A DNA stretch of 63,427 nucleotides, the filler included, from Choristocarpus tenellus KU-1152 (taxonomy: Eukaryota; Protista; Phaeophyceae): the NCBI GenBank assembly GCA_964200185.2. It is 6 parts of 6 records of this genome, joined end to end, with 100 filler letters (N's around TTAATTAATTAA, not from the genome) between each part and the next. Parts side by side here need not be neighbours in the genome. Positions count along the whole stretch, not along the records: positions 51,110 to 63,427 come from CAXNAD020001875.1; 5 more parts are not named here. One strand, given 5' to 3'. A program made the translations under genes and the position numbers. Below are positions 51,110 to 63,427 of the stretch, in pieces. Position 1 is the stretch's first letter; every line of letters begins with the position of its first letter. The notes under the pieces are model-generated. The model was not told the origin of the DNA. It saw nothing but the letters and a program-made list of their open reading frames with translations, and did not search any database.

Positions 51110-54100
51110 GGGGTCGATGGGGGGGTTGCCATGCTGACGTTCTGACCCTTGACGTGCCCAGTTCCGGGCTAAAAATAGCCCCCAAAAAATCCTACTTTGA
51201 CGGTTTGAAGCACCTCGAGTTTGTCCCTGATGATCCTCGATCCTCACCTTGTCTGAAAGCTGAGATTGTCAACCCGATTTCATTCTGTGGGGTTATCGTC
51301 CAATTCGGCGCCGTTCTAGCTCGGCGAGCCCAGATATTTCGCGGCACAAACTTATGGCACAGAGGTATATGTTTCCCTACATGCTTATTAGTCACAGTGA
51401 AAAAAAAGGTTATCCTTAGAAGGAAAATAAGAAAAAATAGTAGAATTGGCATCATTCATTCTATCAATCTCTCAACACCAAAACGATACACATATCACAT
51501 CATTTTTTCAACCCAGATTAGATAACCAGAGTGGAATTTCCAAAACTTCAATTTGATAGGCATGTACATATGCCTATCTCCGAGGTAGAACATAGTATTC
51601 TTTTGCTCAGTTTCTTGTTGAGAAGGAGCTCAGAAGAAGTAGCCTTAATCTAGCAGTAGTAGTGGTGGTGACCTGAATGACCGGAAGGATACCACGACGG
51701 AAATTGAGAAGAGCACTCATAATGATAGCACCGTGTGTAATCACAATGATAAAGTTGAGATGAGAATTGCGTGGAAAAATACAACTCATACTGCAAACTA
51801 CTTTCTCATACAAGAGGAGCAAGGGAGATATGACTAGGGTCCAGGTTGGGATAAGGTTAAAATAATTAAGGAAACTATGAGGACATGACGCTCTGGTGGT
51901 AGAACTTACATACGCAACACAGGAAACAATTATCATTAACAAGGTATGGGTCCATCATACCGAATTAGTTTGTGATACATACAGGTGGGATTTCCGACAA
52001 TATTGAAGGAAATGCAATCCTGACGGGCTATTGCTAGGGCTCTATCAATCCTAAAGGTTCAGACCTCCCTCTTGACCAAGCTGTGAAGTAACCATTCTTT
52101 CCCCTATCTATGATAATGTCTAATAACAGGATTATGTAGCAGGTTGCTTGCTCCTTCGTGTCCATATGTCATTCTTCCACCGAATATCTGAGCATGGTGC
52201 ACTTATAAAATACTGGTTCTTCACTGATAGTTATCCTGTCTGACATCTATCATCGATCCCACAAAAAATACTCTGACCCATCAGTTCGGCTGGCACTCCC
52301 AGCATTTCCACGTTCAAGTACTCACTCCCGTCAGAGTGAACTATTTAGTGCTTTTTGTGTGCAGCAACTCAAACGATCCCCAATTTTGTTTGCCCTCCAG
52401 ATCTGGTGGGCCTTAAAATTCGAACTCTTGTTTGAACCACAAAGTATGCATTGAGTTCAGGGTACCGCTGACAATCCACTCCACCAAAGCATTTGCCAGT
52501 GCGCCTGAGTCTACCTCTTACTGTGTGTGGTGAGGTGTCTGGAAACAAAAAGGAATTGGATGTAGTACACAATAAGATCAGCATTGTAGAGGTAGGTATG
52601 GTGGATTATTATTTGCTATTTGTGGAGGACGTTGTGCAAGTGGAATTGACCAATGCAAGAAAGAATTACTTACGATACAGGCATGAAGGAATATTTGTGT
52701 TAGTGACCTTATATTGTTGAATCCACATTTAGTTGCTCTCCAGAGCACTTTTTTGTTTGGTGGGCCTGTCCAGGGGCATCCTCAATTCTCCAAACCTGTG
52801 CATATCTCTTCTCATGCTGTCTATCTGATCCTGCAATAATGTGGATGAGTCGGTAAACATCCTCATGTCCTCCAAAATGATGCAGACGTCCGCAACAAAA
52901 GAGTAAAATTATGCGTCTGTATTTTTTTAATCGATTTTGATCAGAACTGTGATGTGTGGTTTGCCCCCTCTTAGCATTCACATAGTATTTTTTATTCTCT
53001 GTTCTTGCAATGACTATAGCTATTCTCTGCTCGGTTGTGCCAATTTTGTTTTTGTCTAAATCAAAGAAGTCAAATCCAAACTTGAAATGAGTACTACTAT
53101 TTCATAAGAAAACATAAATTTCATAAAATAATCAAAGAACATCTGTCAATATTTGAATTTCTTTATTTCGCTTTATCAGTAACCAAATACATTACCATGC
53201 AACTGGATACAAGTTGGATGGAGATGAAGATGAATGTAACTTTTCCTTGGAATATTTTCGATCAGTTTGGGCAGGAACATTATTTTAACTATTTTGCAAA
53301 TAAAATTGAACATAATAACGGAGAGGTTTCCAGTTGTCCTTTTTGCGTTACATTCCAGTTTTCAATATTTTGGAATTCACCCATATTTCAATCGATGAAG
53401 TACTAAATTTGACTTGAGCGGGTTGATTTATCTATTGTTTCGAACTTCTCTATTGCTTTAATGCTTTAACTCTGGGTACCTCTCATTCACTTTGACTCAT
53501 TGCTGTAGTAGTAGTATCACAATACATTTTGTATTTCTCACTGCAATTGATATTTAAGATAAATGCGTAGCTACGTGTATGTAAGGAAGCCTGCGTAACG
53601 TAAGGGGAGTGTTGACTTACCATATTCTCAAAGTGTTTCCAACATTTTGAAACCCTGCTGTTTTGGCTTTTTTCTTCTGGTTCAGTCTAAAATTGAAAAA
53701 ATATAACTTTTCCATACAGTCGATTGGTAATTCGTACGGGATGATGGAGTGGATGGCGCCCAATGCCCTATACTCCAGGTTGCCATAGGGTGCAGGGAAC
53801 ACGATTACCACTATTTCTATCTCCTGTACACTCCACGGGTGTCTTGGCAAGTTTTTTTTGTTGGAACACGTAACTCAGTCGGACCTGCTATAGTAGTAGC
53901 ACGAAGACTCAGGGGGGTGCAAACTTCATCACAGGAGCCCACTGGTCAAGTACGTACAACAGGGATGTCAAGGAGATTGCAAGGCTGCAGATCCTGAAGC
54001 GTCTTCTCCAGGTGTGTATCATGTGTGTGACCATGATGTATCCAAAACTGCTTAATATTTCGTGCCCTGTCCTGCCCAAGAGTCCATAATCATCTGGGTG

Positions 54101-55606
54101 TGGGTGGAGCTGGACCTAACCCAGTGGTAACTAAATGGCATCAAGTACAAGTAAGCAATAGTAGCATCTTTTGTTGATCGCCCGCTTTTGCGCCTTACCC
54201 CCTTCAGCAGCCCAGAAAACTGAATACATACAAAATATTGTTCTGATATGAACAAGTTCTTTCAGATGTATAGAGAGGGCAACCATTGTAAGGTGGGACC
54301 AGTCGTGGCGAAAAAGATCAGTTACAACAGCCAAATCCTCAGGGTCCTGATTGAGTCGAAGGCCAAAAAGACGGGGAACTTGCTAGTGACCACGTTAAAT
54401 GGGATCGACTTGACCTAAGCTCTTTTCTCAGGAGTTATGGAGAATCCGCAAAGCAACTCCGACCAGGAGGGTGACAGATTGAGTGATAGTGGCCATAATG
54501 TTCGAGTGGATACTGGCATATGTGTTGTTAGGGGGGGACCAGGTCGCATTGACACTATTGGGTGAAGATACGGCATTACCCCCAAGCGACTCATTTATTA
54601 GCTAGGTTATCTAATGGTGATATTGATGAGTCAAGTCACAGGAACACAAATAATACGGTGGGGGTGTGGCGTAGGGGGGGGGCAAGGGTATATACATAGT
54701 GGTGTGATATGTGTGTGTGAAAATATTCTAGCTCAGGGCAGAAAGGGTACTGTTGTACTAGGGATGGGCCGAAAATTGAGGTGGAGGATCTGTGTGATTT
54801 TGAGTAGGAACAAGAGGTTTCCCTGGTGCCCAATACTTACGTGATGAGCGCACATATTGTAGATTTGTGTGGGTGTGACGTTTGATCGGCGAGTACTAGT
54901 TTATGGCAAAAAGGGCAACGTTGTATCGGGGAAAGTCCTGGAAAATTTAAAATTAGGACAGAGGATGCGATGTAATTTTGTTAAGGATTAGTCAAGTCCT
55001 AGTAGCACTTGACGCCTGAGGAAATATAGATGTGAACTGTAAAACAAGTTTACTAGTACTGTGATAATCGTCTGATGAGGTAGATGAGTGGCGAAGATCC
55101 CCCCCCAAAAAATAATCTACGTTCTACCAATTTGCAAAGTCAGCAGTTCTTAGCAACAAAATCCTAATACACCAATCTTTTCACCACAGATTCGTGTCAG
55201 AATAGGAGCTGATCGGCGGTTAGAACTTGTTCAGGGGGCTTATACATCTTGCCTGTGGTAAATGTCGGTTGGAGGTGCAATTTTTGGCGTTTGAATAGCA
55301 ACAGTAAACCTCAAGTGTCTCAAGCTTCAGGAGGAGTGCATATGCCGTACATATGTGTGCGTGTGTAATCTGATAAGCGTCCATGACGCGTTCAGGGTGG
55401 AAAGGACAGCGTATTATACTGAGTACTGTGAAAGTAGGTTCAAGAATGAAGCACAATGTTCGAAGAGGTACACCAGGACCCGTAACACTTGAAATTCAAG
55501 GGGTGTGCAACAAAGTTGCGTTCATTGTGTAGTTTGAAAGGTTAATGGAGGCCTGGTTGGGTATGGAGACTCAGACTGGGGCAATGACACTGCATCAAGG
55601 CGGAGC

Positions 55607-55787
55607 GTGACAGGGTATCTGTAGGGGGATGGCGGCTATCCATTTGGGGTCCATTTTTTCATGTCACCATTTTTGGGTTATTTGGTTGCATACGTCAGAT
55701 GGATAACGTAAGTGCACTTTTCATGGTGTTGACTCAAATGGACACCCTGGTGTAGACCCCAACCCCCCTCCCCAGATATTTTGGGTT
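55607..55787. mobile_element. MITE family B diverged copy
   Basis: Colinear with 34521-34703 (TTTGGTTGCATA..GATGGATAA..TGCACTTTTC..ACCCTGGTGTAGACC..CCCCAGATATTTTGGG). Confidence 0.75.
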
Positions 55788-57731
55788 GGTGATGGACATA
55801 TATGGTGTTGGGTGGAAAGGGCAGCTCGGTGTTGGGGAAAGGACGGAGAATACGAGACTAAGGTGGAAGGGTGCAGTGTGATGTTGAGGTAGGAAGCTTG
55901 CTCGTGTGAGTACTATGATGGTCAGGTTGCATGAACTGTCTTGCAGGATTGCATGGTGTGTTTGGGAGGAGGGCGTATTGTGGGCTAGAGGCTAGGGAAC
56001 CTACTCCCTGAATAACTGAGGTGAATTGTTTACTATAGAAATACGTAATCCTACGATCTCACCCCTAGTACAGACAGTATCAGTCAATTGAGCATTTTAA
56101 GAAGAGTTGGTCTTTTCTTTAAACTGACCAAAATCCCTTGCAGTAGCAACAGTTCTTTGAGGCACGGCAGCATCAGCGATATGCCAGTCTAATCAAGAGT
56201 TCGACTGTATTACTGGGCAACAGATAGTGCAGTGAGAGGGAATCATAACATGGTAAAGATTGGGTGTTCTTGTCGTTAATGGCAGGATGGGACTTCTACG
56301 GTATAAACAACCACTTTGCAATATACTATAGGTCCATTTTGTCTTTGGCTCAGATACATGCAAACAAACGGTGAGGTGAAAGCGGGAATTCGTTGAGAAG
56401 AATCATAACAACAACATATGGTAGCGAGAGGGACACAGTCCAGCGAGTGATCATGTGGGAATTGGCCCACTCGTGCAGATATCGGAGGCATGACTTGCCC
56501 TCTCAAGCATGCATTATGGATCTAGAGGTAACCGCACCACCTTGCCCATCCCATGCCTAGAAGAGGTCTCAATCCACAAGATGATTGAGGTGAAGAAGGG
56601 TGTGGTCGAAACCGTACCTGTTGTCGATGCAGCAAAGTGAACGAGTGATATGCAGGCCAGTGATATGCCCCAAGCATCTTTGACTCGCCTATTCCTTCTA
56701 CAACGAAAATGAGGTGGATGCACTGTTGTTCAAAGGACCAAGTGATTCAGAATACAAATGATGGTGTATGGCCATGGTAGGAAGGTTGAACGATGCATCT
56801 GTCTCGCTATTAGTGAAAAAAAAAAAGAACTCGCCAAATGGACAATATATGCCTCCTCTCTATGGGCAGGCCTCACCGCACCCAAAATCAAGTCACATTA
56901 CATACTATTAATATCTAGATAAATGTATTGGACAAAAGTCACAAGTCAATAACCCACATTAACTCTAGGAACTAGAGCTCTAATTTACACTGCTACCATA
57001 CGCCTTAACCGATCCCACAAGAGCTAAGACACATCACCTAAAGCTCTCAATGTAAGCAAGGCAAAATGGGTAACCTCTCTGTACACCTTTGTTTCCCTGA
57101 ATTGACATGCCTTCCAAACAAGTAACCTCCAAATCCCTTGTCTGACAATTTAATCCTGGATCTTGGTACTGAGCTTGGAAACAGGTCTTACACGAGAGCT
57201 CACTATCAACTTGCATAGAATCTGTCCTGAAAGAGATTTTGCGAAAAGTACTTCTCTGCCTTGATATGTGTTTCAAATGCTACGTTTTAGTGATACGACA
57301 ACGCAGATACAACAACTGTTGATGAATTTCTAATCGTTGATGTTCTTCGGGGAACTCTCTTTGTCCCTGGAACGATTTGTACAAATCCCTACCCTTGAGG
57401 GGGTCAGGTCACCTTCTCCACCCCGAAAGGAGCCCAACTCCTCGAACAAAGCCTTCCCTGGAATGGCTCCCACTGTGTTACAGCGCACCACCTGGACATT
57501 GGTTGTTTCAAGCAGCAACCATGTTCATCGCTGAAGAGACCCGCCACCTAAGCTATGGGACATAGCTTTCAATATTGACACCAACCCTTCCTACATCAGA
57601 AATGGCAAGGACTTCTCAACATTCCCTCTGGAAACAATACAAAAAATAGGAGTGCATCGAACATGTAAAGCCAACATGCAAGGTATGAGCCAATTGATAA
57701 TGTTTGATCCACCGTGCTACCCGTTGAGATA

Positions 57732-60700
57732 TCATCTTACTATACTGTGTCTTGTCCGTGGCATCAACCCTTCCTTGATCGCTGATGATTCTGATTCATC
57801 ACTCACCTCAGGATCATCCAGCTGATATAGAAGGTGGTTCATGCGAAGGGCTTTGGACCTGAGATAACCTACACAATGCGTATTTGGCACAGCCAGCATC
57901 GGTATGCAATCATCAATCTTGATTCCCAAGTCTTCGAGGCTCTTGAGCTTGAAGGGATTGTTTGTCATCAGTCGCACACTCTGAAAGGAACAGAACGCAA
58001 CAAATTGATGGAGCCTGTATAGGAAATAAAAAAAACTCAACAAACCTCACAGGACAATTCAGCATACCAGTAGTAATCCTGAAAGAACACGTATCATTTG
58101 TTGTTCCAATACTTTGCAATGGACTAAATGTATTGCAGCTATTCTGAAGAGTATTCTTACAACATTTGAAATCATTATGACATCTTTCTCGCACGAAGGA
58201 CTCCACTTGAACACTTCAACACATGGATATACACCGATACAGAACAATGAAATTGACTAACCTTTATCCCCAGATCAGCAAGGATAAACTTAACAGCTTC
58301 ATATGAGCGGAGATCGTCTTCAAATCCAAGGTGCCTGTTGGCATCCACAGTGTCAAGCCCACCATCTTGCAACGCATATGCTGCAATTTTGTTTGCAAGA
58401 CCAATACCCCTGCCCTCCTGGTGGTTCAATGCAAAACAAATGATCAGTCATCTCAAGGACAGCAGTAGATTATACGCCTACCTGTTTCGAGTAGAAACAT
58501 AGAAGCATCTCAAATCTCCCTGGTGAAACAGCAGATGACTAGATACAAAGCCGGGTGTGCACGAACTTATATTTAAAAAAAAATGTTTTCTCGTGTCCAC
58601 CTTCCCAAGTACAAGGGAATCAAGCGCTCTGCATAGGGCATCTCTAAGCTTTTTTAAAGGTAAGGCGAAAAATGCGTGAAGTATACCTGCTGCATATAGA
58701 TAATGCAACCACCATGCTTTGAAATGTAATCCAGTGCCAGCTCTAGCTGATCCTTACAGTCACAGCGCATGGAGCCTAGCACCTCTGATGTGAGGCACTG
58801 GTCATGCACTCTCACAGGAACCGATTCTCGGTCAAAGAAGTCCTCCTTTTGTGACTTGATTGACCCAACACATAGAAGAACATAGTGATGTCAGACGGAT
58901 TAGAAGGAAATGCGAAGGGTGCAGATACAATATTAGATATGAGACAGGAGCACATTTGAGAGGCCCCTATGTAGAGAGAGCCCAAAAAATAGTGGAACTG
59001 CATGTCAGTATGTAAATTTCAATCTATCATTTCATACAACAAATCTTGTACTGCCTTGGTCAGTATTGCAACTCCTAGTTAATTAGTTTGTATTTCTCAG
59101 ATATATTCAATCCTTGAGTTTCGAAATATATATTTCTGAACTTTGAACCCTTGTTCCCCCTGTATCCAAACCCTGTCATAGAGCATTGTGGAATTTTGAC
59201 GATATGGTTATGTAGATGTTAAATGCGGATGAAAGCACATAGGGCCTATGCGTTGAGGTAGGGAACAGAAAAGTCCCGCCTATGATACTTAAAAGGTCTC
59301 CCAAGGTGTGGAAACTTCATGTTTTTTGCTCCTTTCTTGTTTATATGGACAACCACCCGCGAAAAAACTGCTGGTGGCGTGTTTGTAAATATGTTTGTGT
59401 GGTACGAAGAAAACCCTATGAAAGCCCTATACGTATACGTTGGTACAAGAAGGGTGACCTAGCGTATTTCGTATGTTACATAGTATCCTCTGCAGATAGA
59501 AGTAAAAAAGAGTGAGAAGAGAGACCCCTGGGAATTTGTCCTAATTAGTTCAAGCCCTGAGTACTTTCTCTACCCCCTTTAACTTCTTCACACTTGTGTT
59601 TACAAACCGATCCATGCCATGGGGTCATTATTGATACACTGCTGTGTGCGGTTATGATATTTCCTTACATTACAAGAATATCTGAGCGTAGCAAAATTGA
59701 CTCAACTCCATTAATTGCTTCCAGAATTAGGGTGTTCACGAGGAAGACAAATCAATAACACACCTGATAATGAACAAGAACACATTAGCATCAACACTGA
59801 AGGAGAGCAGGAATTATCGCTGGGTTTGAAAGACAGGCCTATAATACCTGATATTTCACTCTATCAACTCCCATCTGAGACATGATAAAAAGCAGCTGTG
59901 CCTCCTAATGTAAGTTCAACAAGAGGAAAGAACCGCACGTTCTAGCTGCTTGACGAAGCAATGTCATTGTACACTGATACATCAATACCTTACATAAGCA
60001 TTGTGTGGATGTTGAACTCAAAGTCTGTGTCGCATTGAAGTGCACAGGGGAACCCCCCTGTCTTTGAGAACCACCGCTGCCTTCGGGAAACACCATTGTC
60101 AGACTTTTTTTTTCACTCCTTCAAAATAACGTTGGGTTTATTCTTCTCACACAGGTCAGGGTTAGGGTTAGCCCTGAGGTTATGCATTCGAAAAGAACCA
60201 AAGTGTCTGAGATGGTAGAGTCGCGTACATTTGGGGGTCAAAATCCAATGTTACGATTTTGATGTAATTTTGGCTATCGTGTTTGTTAGGAAGTGTCAAT
60301 ATCTATGTTTCGGACACACCTTTTCATAACGTTTACATTTTCCTACTCCGAAACATTTTGGATTAGGAAAAATGTCATTAAAAACCCATGGGAAGCCAAG
60401 CCCCAAATGGACAAACAGTGCAAAACTTGTACCCTCTAAGATACTTTCACTCAAATGCCTGTGAAAAAGATACAAGTGGTGGATCATTGAGAGGTGGTGC
60501 TTCTTCAGTGGACATTGTACTGCTCCACCACTTCTTCTATGTTAGGCTTAGGGTTAGCATTGGGGATAGGCTAAAGAAAAATGCATGGGAAAAAGGAAAA
60601 AAACATCAGTGGTGATTTCCCAAGACAAGGGTGTTCCACTATATGATGCATTGTTCCACCATCCTATATAGCCGTCTTTCTGTCTCACATCCAGAAGTTG

Positions 60701-60989
60701 AGTGTAGGATCAATATCGTGGAGGTACTTGCATCAGTTCCCTACCCTCAGCAATTTATCCTGAAGTGCTATGATTTTGATTCTTACTCCTCATCACTCAC
60801 CGCCATCACCACAACAGGCTCCAGAGACCTTCCTAGTCCTTCGTGCTTGTACGCTCGTAAACGGAATCCTCCGCGAGATGTGGGCAAAGCACACTCCGAC
60901 ACATATGTAGTGACAGTAGTATCGCGAACCACTCTCTCATCAATTTGCACATGTTTTATTTCGCCTTCTGCTGCACCACCTCTTGGCAT
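57732..60989 (-). CDS. ribA: GTP cyclohydrolase II (riboflavin biosynthesis), >=4 exons; N- and C-termini uncertain
   Basis: Exons ~60989-60801 ([16 protein letters not shown]), 58845-58687 ([29 protein letters not shown]), 58417-58262 ([27 protein letters not shown]) and 57980-57732 or -57807 ([21 protein letters not shown]). Zn-binding Cx10CxC is intact. Confidence 0.93.
60195..60452 (-). mobile_element. MITE family A copy in the ribA intron
   Basis: Reverse complement of 38617-38874. Ends TACCCTCTAAGATACTTTCACTC and is flanked by AAA/AAA. Confidence 0.85.
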
Positions 60990-62642
60990 CTGTCCAAACA
61001 GCAGACTTGGGCTGATTTGGTGGGCAGCTCCTACCACTGAGAGAGACTCTTGGAACGGAAACACTCGTCCATTGATCTTTTTGGCACACAACAGGACACA
61101 AGAGCGCGAAGTCATGAGAAATTGTAGTGAAATGGGATAGGTTAGAACGGTGAGGCAAACTATGGATTTTCTACTCACAATCGTGCAAACTACAATCAGT
61201 CACTAAGGGCTTCACCGACCCTGCATGGGGATGTGAATTGAGTTGTCAGGGCAAAGTCTATTCCGTTAGGGAAGTACACAAGGATAAGTTCCGTCTGGAG
61301 TGTACACGAATACCATTATGTCCCTTCGTTGGCAAGTTTCTCGTCAGCTACCTCTCTTGGTCTCCTCTCCGTACCTAGGAACATCCGACACCCAATCCTG
61401 AAAACGGGTCTCGCCAATTACTCCGACTACTGATACCAGCAGCATCTCGCTTAGCACCATCGATATTAGATTGGAAATCTTCGGCAACTGTCTCTGAGAC
61501 ATCCTTGAGCGAGCTCAAAAGGATATTTGACAAATATCGTTTTAAAAAAACAATGAGGAAATAACAAGGATAAATTACTTGCAAGTTGAATCTACATACT
61601 TACCAAAGTTCGAACAGGTGTGGATATACTGCTTGACTACTCTCAAGATCATAATATAGCAACAATCAGTGCAAAGCACATTGTCGAGGCTGATGATGCA
61701 GCTGAGAGCTATTTTCGACTGTTTAGAGTCACTTTTGATTATTGGGTGTCGTCTGTGAAGCGAGTAAAGGTATCTACTCTTGTCCCGGTTCTCCTTTTGA
61801 AGTTCATTTTCCTTATCATATCTATGTGCCAAGGAGTAATAAATCAGACTTCGAGGACAATGTGGGCGTATGTAAGATGTACGTGCTTCTTCTCCCACAA
61901 TCTCTCTACACTTACAAGTTTTCCTGTTTCGAAAGGACTGAAAGTCGCCATTCCTAAGTCAGTTATTACAGTTGCCATCAGCACCAGAGAGAAGGCAAAC
62001 GGGATTGACTGCCTGCATACCATCCGCAGTTTCGAAGACATCTTGTACAACCTTTGTGTTTTGATACCCATCTCTACCCTTTGAACCTTTCCCTCCCACA
62101 GTAGATCCACGAGTCGTGCCTTTGCGCCCAGGGCTTTTCATGGTCAAAGACGAGCGTTCACAAATGGTGAGCGTGGAAAATAATGTTTTTGGTGGCTAAG
62201 GGAAAAATGGAGAAATTTAAAATATGCATTTTCCAAGAATGAACCAAATATGCTTTACAACAACAGAAATCAGGTCAGGTATCATCATAGTTTAGATGAA
62301 ATATGTACAGTAGTGTGGTAGGTTCTTAGAGTATTTCTTGCTAGAGGTCCAGGAATCAATACCCCGAAGGATTGTTGTTTTTTCCAGATCTCCAACGTCG
62401 TCATCATTTTTCAACTTCGCAACACTACAGTTGAATAGCGGTTAAATAGTTGGATTTGGCCATCGATAATTCTCAACTTGTTCACCTAATTACACATAGA
62501 GTCGGTATGTTGTGGGTATTTTTTTAGTGAGTATTTTTATCAAAGAGAAAGTAACTGACACGCACAAAAAAAGGGGCGTTCAATAATATGTAATAATTGG
62601 TAAATTTACATATTCAATATATATTATTATCAACATTATATT

Positions 62643-62942
62643 GTCACCAGCGAGATGGGCACGGAGGGGTTTGTTGGATTTTTGGGATGCCTCCCTAGCT
62701 CCCCCCCCGCGGCGCAGGAGCAGGCACATAGGAAGCACAGGAAGACAGTAGTACAATATTGATAATGGTGAAGTAACAGATAGATTAGTCGTGGTTTTCA
62801 CACTTAGAGTGTTTTGTAGTGTTTTCACATTTATGATATTTTATTTCTTTAGGGCTAATAATGACATCTATCTGTATAGTTTTCATTGGTTTTCCCCCTG
62901 ACACATCTGCAAAATGTCAGAGGGCTTAATAATATAAATATA
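62643..62942 (-). repeat. Dispersed repeat, inverted copy of ~35028-35320
   Basis: Direct block-by-block reverse-complement match. Confidence 0.85.
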
Positions 62943-63375
62943 TAATACTATTGATTGTCTGGAATGAGTGGAGAATTAACCCAATTCGTGTCTAACTAAA
63001 GGCACTACACACTGCTTCTCGTACCACTAATTTATACTATAATAACAGCTCCATCCACCAATTGTGCCACCTCTCCTCCTTCCTTGTTTCTAATGCGTTG
63101 ATTATACCACTCCCTCCATCCTTCGTCGTCTTATCTCGTCCCTACAATTTTCTGTTGGACCCACCCCAAGGTTTTCGTAGCTTGATAGATTCGTCGGGCG
63201 TTGTTTTGTGAGGTGGCACTGACATGATGGTAGTAGAGATAGATGGACATTCCGTTGTGCTTGTCACTTGGAATGACACAATCAAAAACAGATTTTCGTT
63301 AAAAGAAATCTGGGGTTGAACTGGTCAAACCGACTGAAGTCATCATTCAGGTTGCTGCTGCCTTTACCACGAAGT

Positions 63376-63427
63376 GGGTCAAAGTATCTGGGGGTGGGGG
63401 GTGGTTTGTGAGGGGGCGTCCGTTTCG
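63376..63427 (+). mobile_element. Start of another AAAGTATCT-TIR MITE, cut by the window end
   Basis: GGGTCAAAGTATCTGGGGG...GGCGTCCGTTT, similar to 35969-36010. Confidence 0.55.

Overview
Eukaryotic nuclear DNA, intron-rich and transposon-littered, most likely a photosynthetic stramenopile such as a brown alga or relative. That call rests on spliced genes, a bipartite signal+transit 'AHA-FVVP' plastid presequence on FabZ, and TTAGGG repeats. The window is not demonstrably contiguous: five 100-nt linkers (44N+TTAATTAATTAA+44N) divide it into six pieces. Reconstructed spliced genes: a PlsC/LPAAT acyltransferase, plastid FabZ, splicing factor SF3A1/Prp21 (3'-truncated), a secreted Kelch-repeat protein (3'-truncated), HEATR3/Syo1 head-to-head with a LisH + acidic-serine Nopp140/SRP40-like gene (3'-truncated), and a stand-alone GTP cyclohydrolase II. 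Mobile DNA: a decayed Ty3/Gypsy element, RTE-like LINE remnants, two related solo-LTR-like elements, and two MITE families sharing an AAAGTATCT TIR core. No CRISPR array, rRNA or tRNA gene was seen. I found no convincing novel multi-gene system. The best leads are an intronic pre-miRNA-like hairpin, the MITE families and their nesting, two probable GC-AG introns, a possible 6-nt first coding exon, and the divergent ribosome-biogenesis gene pair. All exon boundaries were inferred by eye from splice signals and frame continuity.
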